From Octopus sinensis (Eukaryota): a stretch of 64,000 nt of DNA. Position 1 is the first letter of the stretch. The number at the start of each line of letters is the position of its first letter. A model generated the notes under the pieces. The model was not told the origin of the DNA. It did not search any database and was given only the letters and a program-made list of their open reading frames with translations. Shown in pieces: positions 1 through 12,255 of the stretch. The DNA lies in contig NC_043011.1 of NCBI RefSeq assembly GCF_006345805.1, positions 63,314,464-63,378,463 on the forward strand, in the 5' to 3' direction. The translations under genes and the position numbers were made by a program.

Positions 1-192
1 ATCATGAATTCCACTAATTTAAGTACAAGACCAGACATTTCGGAAGCATTGATGGACGCCATGATCCAACACTTGAATTGTGCGTTATTTTATACAGAAT
101 GAGGAAGGCAAGACTTATCTGAACGGGAGGGCTGCGTCTAACACACTTCAGTAGTGCCTATCCACCAATTCTACAATTTAAATTCTAATTAC

Positions 193-234
<42 letters not shown>

Positions 235-339
235 TGGAAATATCACTTATTACAATTATTGATTTCAAGTTATATTGAAGCTGTTACTTTATACTTTAGA
301 CTATGTATTGAGTACACACAATGAATTAATATGACTTAC

Positions 340-428
340 GAATACAGAGCATGCCAAAACGGAAAGAGAAATAATGAACACATTCTAGACTTATTCCATG
401 TAAACACGTCTCCCACATAATGTAGCGT
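340..428 (-). CDS. Gene A exon 3 (secreted six-Cys protein): (A)RYIMWETCLHGISLECVHYFSFRFGMLCI
   Basis: Acceptor ttgtgtttctcttacag, donor gtaagt, open frame in phase 2. Aligns residue-for-residue (C, CL, C, HYF, F, CI) with the exons at 19549-19642 and 46943-47036. Confidence 0.85.
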
Positions 429-646
429 CTGTAAGAGAAACACAAATTACATATTTTGAAAATTCATTGGCATCGTGTACATCATTTAGATTAGGTTCTG
501 AGAATAAATAACTGATTGGTATGTTTTGTATTTATACTTCCTGTATATTAATCACAGACAAAGAGATATATTTAAATACACGCTGCACATTTTAATATCG
601 TTGACCTCTAACTTTTCAAATGTATTACCAAAACACATATATATTT

Positions 647-873
647 CTTTACTACCCACAAGGGACTAAACACAGAGAGGACACACAAGGACAGACAAAC
701 GGATTATGTCGATTACATCGACCCCAGTGCGTAACTGGTACTTATTTAATCGACTCCGAAAGGATGAAAGGCAAAGTCGACCTCGGCGGAATTTGAACTT
801 AGAACGTAGCGGAAGACGAAATACTGCTAAGCGTTTCGCCCGGCGTGCTAACGTTTCTGCCAAATCGCCGCCG
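647..873 (-). mobile_element. tRNA-derived SINE (family with GCCTTTCATCCTTTCGGGGTCGAT core, Meta-domain-like)
   Basis: A-box-like TGGCAGAAACGTTAG and B-box-like GTTCTAAGTTCAAATTCC. Same body recurs at 3933, 4255-4805 and 10295-10590. Confidence 0.85.
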
Positions 874-1106
874 TAAATAATGAAAAGGCTTTAACGCTCG
901 GTCTGGGAATCGAAACCGTGATCCGTATTACCAAAACGCATAATTAGTGATATTAATTAACACATACTTAACTGGCAAGCCTGATTGTAGTTATCAGAAA
1001 AATCTTTCTGAAAATTTGCATAAACTCCATAAAAATGGAAACTACTTAACATAGGTTATCTTTATGATAACCTATGACGTTATGACACTCATTATATGAA
1101 GCGAAT

Positions 1107-1405
1107 GGAGGATCGTGGCTTAGTGGGTGGGGGATTCGGTTCACGATCGTTATGTCGTGTGTTCGGTTCACAATCGTTATGTCGTGTTCTTGAGCAGTGG
1201 CCTTTATTTCACGTTATTCCAGTCCATTTCGCTGGCAAATAGGTATAGTACTGGTATTTCAAAGAGCCAGCAATGTCACATTATGTGTCAGGAGGAATTT
1301 GCTTGAGATCTATGCTAAGTGTATGCGTGTCCGTGGAGTGTTCAGCTACTTGTATGTTTTTTTCCCACGACCAAGCTGATATTTGATTGTGACAACCGGA
1401 ACCCC
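1107..1405 (+). mobile_element. Degenerate tRNA-derived SINE with CORE-like domain
   Basis: Similar to 62219-62548 (ttcttgagcag...tttatttcacgtt..ccagt). Confidence 0.6.
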
Positions 1406-1419
1406 CGACGGAGTACCAG

Positions 1420-1442
1420 AAAGAGAGAGAGAGAGAAAGAAA

Positions 1443-1490
<48 letters not shown>

Positions 1491-1605
1491 ATTGAAAAAG
1501 AAGAAGAAGAAGAAGAAGAAGAAGAAGAAGAAGAAGAAGAAGAAGAAGAAGAAGAAGAAGAAGAAGAAGAAAAAAGAAAAGAAGAAGAAGAAGAAGAAGA
1601 ATATA
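1420..1605. repeat. Compound purine microsatellite (GA)n-(GAA)n
   Basis: Directly visible; produces the poly-E/poly-S ORF artefacts. Confidence 0.95.
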
Positions 1606-1974
1606 TTTGAGAATATTTAGCGTAAGGATTTGTGCAATTGTTAATCATAATAATTTTAGGGGGGATTCAAATGTGTGAATACTGTCAGAATTGGTAGCAA
1701 AGAAGACAAAAAACATGCGACCCGTGGTGTTTCCCGTTCTGCGTTCAGTTAAATTCCAGCTGGCTTTCTGCAAATGAATTTGCCATCATCGTAACAGGAG
1801 CAGCGAGGCGGAGTTGATTTTATTTCATTATTAAGTGAATTTATAGTTAAATATTTACATACCTAATTATATTCATGTATTAGTAAAATTACACATAATC
1901 ATCTCATTTCAGTGAAATGCCGAGGTTTTGATGCCGAAATCCTGTCTTTTTTACCACTTAGATATGACAACAGT

Positions 1975-2124
1975 CGTAGGGGTGGCTGTGTGGTAAGTAG
2001 ATTGCTTACGAACAACATGGTTCCGGATTCAGAACCCACTGCGTGGCACCTTAGCAAATATCTTCTATTATAGCCTCGGACCGACCAAAGCATTGTGGTA
2101 GACGGAAACTGAAAGAAGCCTGTC

Positions 2125-2217
<93 letters not shown>

Positions 2218-2445
2218 TGTATGTGTATATGTCTGTGTGTCTGTGTTTGTCCCCCTAATATCGCTTGCCAACAGATGCTGGTGTGTTTACGCCCCCGTAA
2301 CTTTCTGGTTCGACAAAAGAGCCGATAAAATAAGTACTAGGCTTACAAAGCATAAGTCCTGGGGGCGATTTTTTCGACTAAAGGCGGTGCTTCATCATGG
2401 CCACAGTCAAATGGCTGAAAGAATTAAAAGAGTAAAAGAGTAAGA
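1975..2445 (+). mobile_element. tRNA-derived SINE (major family with internal (TA)n and gtaaaagag tail)
   Basis: Head ggtggctgtgtggtaag...ggttccggattcag, body ggtagacggaaactgaaagaagcc, tail aaagagtaaaagag; many copies in the window. Confidence 0.9.
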
Positions 2446-2626
2446 GATGTACTAATATCGCTTATAATATCAGAAACAACCATGTGATGGAGGACTAAAT
2501 AATTATTTTGCTGGTATGTGGTTGGAGGTCAGAAGATATTTAGTTATATAAAATGATGTATAGCACAAGTATATTAATCAGAGTTAACCAAATTGTACTG
2601 AATAATGATAAGAAGATCGTATGTAC

Positions 2627-2726
2627 GCGCAACGCTCTTTGTGAGTTGTTGTCGAAGTTATGGCTGTATTCGCCCACTTGCAGGTCTTCAAAGCCAAATC
2701 AATGCAAGTGTCGGACATTGCAGAAC
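2627..2726 (-). CDS. Gene A exon 2: (G)SAMSDTCIDLALKTCKWANTAITSTTTHKERC(A)
   Basis: Acceptor atatttttttcag, donor gtacat, 100 nt, phase 1 to 2. Identical length, phase and Cys positions to exons 31638-31737 and 50939-51038. Confidence 0.85.
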
Positions 2727-2840
2727 CTGAAAAAAATATTTTTGTCATACAGTGCGTTTATAATAATTAAGACAAAAGCTGGTTTCAGATAATGAACAAT
2801 TAAAGTTTTGACTAAAATACATTTTAGAGGAAAAGCGCAG

Positions 2841-3764
2841 TACGAGGGTAGGCTGAAAATTCCATAGTCAGAGTATGAAAAAGAGATGTAAAGTCTTGCA
2901 TGCATTAATAACTTCATTGTTTCGTTCCAGGTAAACTCACACCTGACTGTTCAAAGAAGACTTCGAACCTAACCATTGGTGAGTTCTCTCGAAAATGGAC
3001 AAAGTTTGGCATCGCAGTGTGATCAAGTACCGGGAGAAAAATGGCTTAGGGTCCTAAGACTTTAACGATTGCATTGTTGCTGCATTAGGTGATGAAGTTC
3101 AAGTCTGTCAAGAGAGTAAAAATAGGCAGTAGAATAAATAAGGGAAAGGGACAGTCTGGAAAATAACCGAAGCTCTGGATATTCCTCCTCTGCCACCAAC
3201 GAGGAAAATATTGATCACGTACACCATATAGTGATGCATAACAGACGATTGGCAATAAATCAAACAGCTAATGTAGGGGATGTTAGAACTTTCTGCACAT
3301 TGAACCTGCCATAAAGAAGGCTTCTGCTCGGTGGATGCCACATCTTTTCACTTTTGATCAAAAGTGCACAATGCAGATCACATCACAGAAGAATCGGCAA
3401 AGAGATTGAGGCAGATCTCCTGGATTCTTTGAACGTTTACTAACCCAGGACTATACTAATCATATTGAATAGAGACAAAGAGACGATACATGTAGGGGAA
3501 ACATGGACTCTATTTTGGGCAGCAAATAGCATTGTTTATGGACTATCTTCAAAAGGTCAACGCCATAATTGAACAGTGTTATACCATCTGGCAAAAGTGT
3601 CTCGTTTCATCACGATAATAGGCCAGCGCCCCAACTTTCGTTTGATTAAAGTCCATGTGTGTAGCTTTGGTTTTCAACTGGTTGATCAGCCTCTCTATTC
3701 TCCTAATTTCTCTTAGTCTGACTATCATTTGGTAAGCACATCTCATTTTCAGCTGAACCTCGCA
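2841..3764 (+). mobile_element. Decayed mariner (Tc1/mariner) DNA transposon
   Basis: Imperfect TIRs tacgagggtaggctgaaaa (2841-2859) and ttttcagctgaacctcgca (3746-3764). Broken transposase pieces MDKVWHRSVIKY, ENIDHVHHIVMHNRRLAINQ, SARWMPHL. Confidence 0.8.
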
Positions 3765-3932
3765 CCTATATCTGATGGCTTTTCATATACCTTCTTAGAT
3801 TTAGACGTGTTTTACGTAGAATATTGGATGGTGACTCTCGAGCAAATAGTTCGTGAAGATACTCATATATTCTATAATATTCACTGTCACTGAAATGCTA
3901 CAGTACATTTACAATAATGTTACGTAACGTAA

Positions 3933-4100
3933 GGCGGTGACCAGGCAGAAATGTTGGCGCCCCGGGCGAAATACTTAACGGTATTTCGTCTCTCTTTATG
4001 TTCTTAGGTCGACATTGCCTTTCATCCATTCGGGGTCGATAAATGAAATACCAGTTGCATTCTAGGGTGAAACTAATCAACTGACCTTGTGCTACATGTC
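3933..4100 (+). mobile_element. tRNA-derived SINE, Meta-like family, degenerate
   Basis: ggcggtgaccaggcagaaatgttggcgccccgggcgaaat head and gcctttcatccattcggggtcgataaa core. Confidence 0.75.
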
Positions 4101-4254
4101 GTGCAACAATGCTTTCATATTTAATAATTGCAGATATCAGTTTCGAATTCACATGAGGCGAGTTAGTTTGTAAATGTAACAATTTTTTTTCTTTTTTCAA
4201 ATGAAGAAATCTTTTGACGTTTGACCGTGAATATGAATGATAACGTTCCATTCT

Positions 4255-4805
4255 ACTCTAGACACAAAGGCCCGAAAATCTGAGGTCAGATGATTATATC
4301 GACACCTATACGCAACTGGTACTTAATTTATCGACCCCGAAAGGATGAAAGGCAAAGCCGACAACGGCGGAATTCGGACTCAGAACGCAAAGACAGATGA
4401 AATACCTATTTCTTTACTACACACAAAGGGCTAAACACAGAGGGTACAAACAAGGACAGACAAACGGATTAAGTCGATTACATCGACACCAGTGCGTAAC
4501 TGGTCCATATTTAATCGACCCCGAAAGGATGAAAGGCAAAGTCGACCTCGGCGAAATTTGAACTCAGAGCATAACGGCAGACGAAATACCTATTTCTTTA
4601 TTACCCACAAGGGGCTAAACATAAAGGGGACAAACAAGGACAGACAAACGGATTAAGTCGATTATATCAACCCAAGTGCGTAACTGGTACGTAGTTTATC
4701 GACCCCGAAAGGATGAAAGGTAAAGTCGACCTCGGCGGTCGTAACGGCAGACGAAATACCGCAAAGCATTTCGCCCGGCGTGCTAGCGTTTCTGTCAGCT
4801 CACTA
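4255..4805 (-). mobile_element. Head-to-tail trimer of Meta-like SINE (period about 184 bp)
   Basis: Three cores atcgaccccgaaaggatgaaagg; identical junction gaaatac|ctatttcttta near 4405 and 4590. Confidence 0.85.
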
Positions 4806-4952
4806 TCTTCATGTGAATGATTATATTGCTCCAGGGAAGCCAATCGTCTTCCAGTTTCAAAACCTCTAATTTGAAATTTCACATGGGTAAATATTCAGAT
4901 TGTCGTATATATATATATACTTGTAGGCATGTATGTAATGTATATATATTTG

Positions 4953-5035
<83 letters not shown>

Positions 5036-5254
5036 GCATATATGTATATATGCATACACACACATATATATCTACACACAAATATATGTATATATGCATA
5101 CACACACATATATATCCACACACACATATATGTATAAATACATATAAATAGATGCGTGTGAGTGTGTACGTGCGTCTGTCTGTGTGTCTGTGCGTGTGAA
5201 TGGCAAGAAATCTTTACGCTTAGGCAAACGAGGCATTTCCAGGTGTCAACTTAC

Positions 5255-5303
5255 CGACAATTAGAAGACAAATACAAACGGAATAGTTCACTGTTGATAT
5301 CAT
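5255..5303 (-). CDS. Gene A exon 1 (signal peptide): MISTVNYSVCICLLIV(G)
   Basis: First in-frame ATG after a stop, hydrophobic run, perfect donor G|gtaagt in phase 1 matching exon 2. Ends CLLIV, like CLLFV in the paralog exon 43393-43429. Confidence 0.8.
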
Positions 5304-5845
5304 ATTAGCGGCAAATATTCGGGCGTCAGTGTGCTACTCTGTATTTTGAATTGCTTAACATGTCCAGAGATGAAGCAACAGATGGCTCTAAACACGTCTG
5401 ATATATAGTCTTTTCCCGCAATTTTATTTATATATATATTGTAATTAAAACATTTCTAGATATTTCCTCAGGATTCTCTTGTCCTGCTCTTTTATCTTCT
5501 ATGGATTTATATGACATTTACGCAAATTAAAAGCGTGCAACTTATTCTTTTATTTCTTTAAGCCATTAGATAGTAGCCATGTTGGAGTAACACCTTCAGG
5601 AAATTGAGCCGAACAAATCGACTGCGGAATGTTTTCTTCTTTCGTCCTTTTCTAGGTCTTGCGTCTTTCGTGGGGCTTTGCTTGACCGCGCCGCTAATAT
5701 ATGGCAGGAAGAACATCCCAAAACTGATTGTGAACAGGCGGCGCTGGTGCTTGTGGTGAGGACAAAAATGAACAGAATATTACACAAAAACCAAACGTAC
5801 ACACACATACACACATATCACACAATTACACATGCATATACACAC

Positions 5846-5846
<1 letters not shown>

Positions 5847-5928
<82 letters not shown>

Positions 5929-5930
5929 CA
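5847..5930. repeat. (TAGA)n tetranucleotide microsatellite
   Basis: Directly visible; another at about 16438-16500. Confidence 0.95.
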
Positions 5931-6491
5931 TGCACGCACACACACACATACACGGACCTAGGTGTCCCAGCCGATTGCGAGTCAATGATGCTTTCAAATT
6001 CGCGAACTTCAATAACGCATCTTTTAGGCTGGGCAATGGCAAGCTGCGTGGTGCCTCGATGCATCTTTCCCAAGCTGTGTCCATGCGTTTGTCCCGTTTC
6101 TAGCAGTGCGGCCCCATTTCAACTGAGGCGTAACAGGCTGCCAGGGATCATAAAGATTTCGATTCACGCACGTTTGGGAAAACTCTTTTACGTGCAAATT
6201 GACCTTCGAGACCTGGTGAAGGGATAAAAAACCAACAAGCATTCTAGTAGCTCTTTCCTCCAAAGTTTCCATCAAGATAGTTGGCATCATGGGAAACACG
6301 ACACGCAATTCCCTACGCTAAAGCGAACGACTGGAGGCCCTAGAGACACTGACGGCCTCAGTCTACTCTCAACCGAAGGACGGGCAAAAGAACCGCTCCT
6401 CTCTCGATCGGAAGAGGCTGTGAATCGCAGCCATTGTGACGCAATAAATGCACAGTACCAACTACGCACTCTTTAAGGAATAGAAATAGGC

Positions 6492-6900
6492 CACGGAGTG
6501 GCTGCGTGGCAACAAGCTTGCTTCCTAGTCATGTGGTTCCGGGTTCAGTCCCACTGCTTGGCACCCTGAGCAAATCTATTCTGCTATAGCCTAGGGCAGA
6601 CTAAAATAGATTTAGTATGAATAAATTTAGTAAACGGAAGATGTAAAAGCCCGTCTTGTAGCTATGTGTGTGTACGCGTGTGTATGAGTGTGTGTGTGCG
6701 TGTGCACGCGTGATGTATGTTTATATGTGTGTTTGTGTTTGTATTCCTTCAACATTTCCTGACACACGATGCTGCTTTGTTTATGGCCAATTGAATAATT
6801 CCTGAGATCGATTTCTTCAACTTAAACCTGTTATGGCAGTGCTCCAGCATGACCGCAGTCAAATATATGACGGACTTCTTTCAGTTTCCGTCTTCAAAAT
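6492..6900 (+). mobile_element. Degenerate major-family tRNA SINE (followed by an inverted fragment to about 7000)
   Basis: ggagtggctgcgtgg head, gtaaacggaag body, gtgctccagcatgaccgcagtc tail region. Confidence 0.75.
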
Positions 6901-7404
6901 CCACAATGATTTGGTCGGCCCGTGGCTATGATAGAAGACACTTGCCGAAGGTGCCATTCACTGGGATTGAACGCGAAAGCATGTGGTTGAGCATTAGACT
7001 TCCTACAACAGAAACAACTTTTATGGTTATGTTTGTGTTATATTTTCTTCTGTTTTTCCTATGTAAATTCCCTACTCAATATCCAATAACACTGTAAGTC
7101 ATATAAATTATTTCGATGACTGCTTTATATACTCGAGAATATCAAACTCCTATGGTTTGGCCAGTAAAATGTATTTTAATTCAAGGAAATAGAATGAAAT
7201 GACAGATGTTGCAGACAGGAGGTGGCAATGTGTTACGTAGTCATTATTATTATATTTTCTCTTTTCCAAAAAGGAACGCGTAATAAAAACATCTAATAAG
7301 AATAGTAATATGATTTGAATTCATAGTGAAAACGATCGTTCTACGGAAACACATGGCTTTTGAAGATTCAATTAATATAACTTCATATTTATGTAATATA
7401 TAAC

Positions 7405-7810
7405 AGGAGTGGCTGTGTGGTAAGTAGCTTGCTAACCAACCACATGGTTCTGGGTTCAGTCCCACTGCGTAGCATCTTGGGCAAGTGTCTTCTGCTATAG
7501 CCCCGGGACGACCAATGCCTTGTGAGTGGATTTGGTAGACGGAAACTGAAAGAAGCCTGTCGTATATATGTATATATATATAAGTGTGTGTGTGTATATG
7601 TTTGTGTGTCTGTGTTTGTCCCCTGGCATTGCTTGACAACCGATGCTGGTGTGTTTACGTCACCGTCACTTAGCGGTTCGGCAAAAGATACCGATAGAAT
7701 AAGTACTGGGCTTACAAAGAATAAGTCCCGGGGTCGATTTGCTCGACTAAAGGCGGTGCTCCAGCATGGCCGCAGTCAAATGACTGAAAGAAGTAAAAGA
7801 GTAAAAGAGT
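7405..7810 (+). mobile_element. Full-length major-family tRNA SINE
   Basis: aggagtggctgtgtggtaagtagc head to gtaaaagagtaaaagag tail. Confidence 0.9.
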
Positions 7811-7868
7811 ATATATGAAGTTTATCTCCCTATTTACAAAATGCAATAATTTATATATTGAAATTTAT

Positions 7869-7913
7869 TCTGTGCTGATGAAGAGAAATAACCCAGAAAT
7901 AGCGATACACAGA
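7869..7913 (+). ncRNA. Minimal type I hammerhead ribozyme-like motif
   Basis: tctgtg-CTGATGA-(14 nt, poorly paired stem II)-GAAA-T-AGCG-ATA-cacaga; perfect 6-bp stem I. Confidence 0.55.
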
Positions 7914-9667
7914 TATTGTCTTGAACTTGTTCGGAAATTTAAGGACACAGATCGTGTCGTATAGCCGGCTGGAGACGATGTCTCCTGGGCCTAAATTACA
8001 GCAACATTAATCCTAAACCAGGACTGCTATGTTATTTTGGCAAAAAATGTTTACTCCAAAGTACTGTTACTGAATATCTCACATTGTAAGATTTAAAAAT
8101 AGTAATTGTCTAAATATTATTTCATATGTATATAATATATATATATAATTTGTTAACCGATTTTCAATCTATAACGAGATAATTCCACGAATAAATCCAT
8201 GTGTACATTAATCATAATTTCATTTGAGTTGTCTAGTTTGTTGAATGGAAATTCTATAAATATTTTCTGACCCTATTTTGCCGTATGGAGGCTCAAAGAG
8301 GTCTGACGGTTCATACGCGAACGTCCCAGTAATGTATTCCCAAACTTCATAGTTTAGGCCCTTGATGCATTAGATTAAATTTGCGCTTTTGCTGTTCATT
8401 TTTGCATTTGTAAATATTCTTCGTGATTTTGTGACCAGTATGGATGAAACAATCTCTACCACGTCCATTATCATTGAAATTAGGTAAACATAAATGATTT
8501 GCCATTGCTTCTTAGTTCAAACTGTGCCTTTACTAATAAATGTTTCAAGGACTTATGCTTTCTTTTACGTAGAAATATAACATGATCCGTCGTTATATAT
8601 ATATCAATTCATTCCTCCGGGCAATGATCGCTAAGCATCCTGTGGCACTGCTAAAGATATTTTCGTGACACTCAGTGTGTGCCACAACATGTAGTACGAA
8701 TACACACGTGTGCCACAACATGTAGTACGAATACACACGCGTGCCAGCAATATTCGCATATATACGCTAATGTAGATGTGTAAGTAAGCGTGTATGTTTA
8801 TACTTGTGCACATAAATACATGGATGTATACGTATGCATGTACTGACTTGAATTTGTGTGGATGTGTATTTACGTACTTATTTCCATATATTTATATGCG
8901 TTCTTATATGTGTATTTATTGCTAATATACACCTATATATATACATGTATACGTAATTTTCTTTTGTGGACGTTCGTTACACATATTCAGCCTCCTATCT
9001 TTCTTTCGTTTCCTTCCTTACGAAAAAGTATTTGTTGCTCCCCCTCCCTATTCGTTACTTGTATTGAGTCCTTTAACATTGCGCGCCTCCCCACTTCCGT
9101 TACTCACTGCTAACTGTGGCATATAAGAACCTTTCCTTTTCTTTTTCTTTCCTCCTCTCTGTGTTTTACTTCTCGTCTATATGTGTACACCAAGTGATTT
9201 CTGCATACGAGCATGATTGAGTACACATGTATGCATATGTATATTTGTATTTTCGTGTATATATTTATGTCTTACATATAAATGTCTGCATATGTATGTA
9301 GTCTATGTATATCTATCTGTGTATTTTGATGTATATATGTATATTCAGGTTTAAGCATGCGTATATACTGTTGTAAAGTATTTATGTAATGCAAAGTTAA
9401 AATTTTAATTTAAAATTTCATTTTTAATGTATTTTAATATATCAAATTATATTTCGGATACAATTATTTGCAATACCAATTTTGAATCAGCTCTTCGATT
9501 TAATGTTTTTCTTCGATTTTTATAATAGGATGAATTTATATTGAATTAATGTATTTTGTTCATTGCATGCTTAAGACCGTTAATTGAAAGGACCAATGAA
9601 AGAAATCCATTTTTAAAGGTGCATCCTTTAACTAGTTTTGATCATATCGTTATTTCTGTTTCATTTT

Positions 9668-9720
9668 AACAAAACCGTCCGACGAACGGGAACGTGAAAC
9701 TCTGAGTAACAGCTTTTGTT
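9668..9720 (+). ncRNA. Decayed hammerhead ribozyme-like motif
   Basis: aacaaaaccgt-CCGACGA (U4 to C)-ACG-GGAA-CGT-GAAA-CTCTGAG-TA-acagcttttgtt; stem I largely complementary. Confidence 0.45.
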
Positions 9721-9733
9721 ATATTTCTTTTAA

Positions 9734-9794
<61 letters not shown>

Positions 9795-10294
9795 ATAATG
9801 CATACACATGTATTATGTATACATATATGTACACATGTATAGAGTTGCATATATACACGAATAAACATATATGTAATATATATATGCTTGTGTATGTGTA
9901 TGTGTGAAAGAATACATATGCACTCCAACATCGGGGTCACAAAAGCACATATATAAAAATCTACGTGTGTTTGCATGTGTGTGTATATGTGTGTGTGTGA
10001 ATGTTTGTCTATATACATTCATTTGTGAAGCTAAACTCAGCCATCAGGTTGTCGCATATAAAATGCAGTTTGAATTATATGCCGTATTTAAAAATGTCAA
10101 TAACCGAGATAGAATACTTCAAGTAAAACATGTATGTAGCTCGTCTTCCCAATAATGAGAAGACATATCTACAGAATAAATTTCATTTTAGATTATACGC
10201 TATTCTCAAAAACTAGCACATGAATACCTGGCTACTTGTAGTTTTGCTTAAAAGAAAAATGCAAGACGTAACAGATGTCTGTCATCATTAATTC

Positions 10295-10590
10295 TTTTCT
10301 TCTCTTGGCACAAAGGCCGAAATCTTCGAGCAGGGTTTCAGTCGATTAGAACGACTCCAATACACAACTGTTATTTAATTTATAGACCACGAAAGGATGA
10401 AAATCAAAGTCGACCTCGGTGGAATTTGAACACAGAGCGTAAAGACATACGAAATAGCGCTTAGCATTTTGCCCGGCGTACTGACATTTCTTTCTTTATT
10501 GCTCAAAAGGGGCAAAACTAAGAGGGGAGAAACAAGGACAGACAGAGAGATTAAGTCGATTACATCGACCTCAGTGCGTAACTGGTAATT
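10295..10590 (-). mobile_element. Meta-like SINE, partial dimer
   Basis: Two body segments joined at catttct|ttctttattgc. Confidence 0.75.
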
Positions 10591-10905
10591 AATTTATGGT
10601 GAAAAGCAACAAACCAGGGAACTAAGTAACTAATGTCAAGCTAACTTAATTTTCGAGATGTTCAAGGGCATGTTGCAAGTGACAACAGCTGATGTACTTG
10701 AGCGTACAAAAACACGTTCCCACGGCTTTATCCATCGTATTCTCACCTGGAATCGATATTTAAAATTGTCTCAAGATTTATACACGCCCTGATACTGTCA
10801 GTATCTACATATCAAACTTGACTGCAATCGCATGGAGATCATAATAGAGACACAAACAGACAGACAGAACGGATTTTATATAACACACACACACACACAC
10901 ACACG

Positions 10906-10980
<75 letters not shown>

Positions 10981-11328
10981 GACTTTCTTGACCTTCGACT
11001 TGAACCCCTGCCTCATCCCTCCATATTTCTTCGTCTGGCCGAACTTGTTCTCTGCCTCAGGTACTCGATTCGCGGGGGATTTTCATGAACAATCTCGGGA
11101 GTGGCCATGGAAACGAGAATGACAATGAGCCCCAAATATGCGAACCCAGTCGTTGGCTTCGTTGGGGCCTAAATATTCTCACAACTCACTGGTCCCTTTC
11201 CCGAAGTATACGCTTGTTATATCGATGTCTGCAACGGCGCATCCTCACCCTCCAGCATACAACTAGCTTCCCCCTCTCTTGTTTTCCAATCCTTCCAACG
11301 AGATGAGAGAGTGGGGTATATATATATG

Positions 11329-11396
<68 letters not shown>

Positions 11397-11514
11397 TTTG
11401 ATTTTGATTTTTTCTAGTTTCAGCTAATGAGCTGTGGCCATGCTGGGGCACCGCCATTATATATATATATATTTGTAAAAAAGAAGTTTGAAAATGCCAC
11501 TATATTAGATGAAT

Positions 11515-11567
11515 TTTAATTTTACATGTTTCGGTTCTTGAAATAACGAACCTTATCAAAAAAAATT
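11515..11567 (-). ncRNA. Decayed hammerhead ribozyme motif at the distal end of a Penelope-like element
   Basis: Minus strand: TTGATAA (two core changes)-GGTTC-loop-GAACC-GAAA-CATG-TA; A/T stem I. Confidence 0.45.
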
Positions 11568-11949
11568 ATAATAAAGTGTATAATGGAACAGTTCATAATT
11601 GTTACATACATTCAATAGAGTCCATGCTATATACATTCAATAGAATCCATGTTCTTGAAAAGGCGAAAAATATATTATAAGGAGTATAATAGAAAAAATC
11701 CATAGTCGTTCTTTACTGTTTTGTCAAGTGTAGTGCAGTTCATTATAGATTTTACCTTGTGTTCCAATGGGAGCAACAGTAATGATTCTTGGTCGTCGTC
11801 TGTTGGCGTAATTTTGGTAAACTTGATGATGGTTGGGTTTATATCCGCTAAGCTGTGGCTGTGAAAGCAGTAGTGGCTGTGGTCTCTGTCACTGTTCACT
11901 GACGTCATATAATTCCAAACCAATCAAAAGCAAGCTTCAACGAAAAGAC

Positions 11950-12255
11950 CCCCAACTGTATCCTGTTAGGAAACCAACCAAGCAGAACGACAAGTTTGAC
12001 CACGGAAGAAAAACGTCATCAATTTTTTAACGAATCAAAATCAGATCTGACCCATAATTGTATCCTGTTAGGTGGCCAACCTATCAGAACGACTAGTTTG
12101 ACCACGGAAGAAAAGCGTCATCAATTTTTTAACGAATCAAAATCAGACCTGACCCATAACTGTATCTTGTGAGGAAACCGACCAAGCATGGCGACAAGCT
12201 TGACCACTGAGGTAAAACGTCATCAATTTTTTGACGAATCAAAATCAGATCTGCT
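11950..12255. repeat. Three 102-bp tandem repeats inside a Penelope-like element
   Basis: Unit starts aa(c/t)tgtatc at 11954, 12056 and 12158. Confidence 0.9.

Noticed and set aside
98-154. + strand candidate terminal exon NEEGKTYLNGRAASNTLQ*
   Set aside because: Too short, no partner exons, and it overlaps the expected 3' region of gene A on the other strand.
2474-2513. + strand mini-exon KQPCDGGLNNYFA with a good donor
   Set aside because: Lies in gene A intron 2 on the opposite strand with no linked exons; short enough to be chance.
7944-8068. + strand frame containing C-x7-C-x16-C (CRIAGWRRC...LLC), like the family exon 2
   Set aside because: Opposite strand, poor acceptor, no donor after the third Cys, wrong next spacing (x5) and no conserved LA; treated as coincidence.
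8221-8500. Stop-poor minus-strand frames (DCFIHTGHK..., YEVWEYITGTFAYEP...)
   Set aside because: Need a frameshift to join, lack convincing splice sites and match no family I recognise.
8677-8746. 31-bp direct repeat (2 copies plus a partial); it and the 102-bp repeats were considered as CRISPR-like
   Set aside because: No unique spacers; simple tandem duplications in a eukaryotic context.
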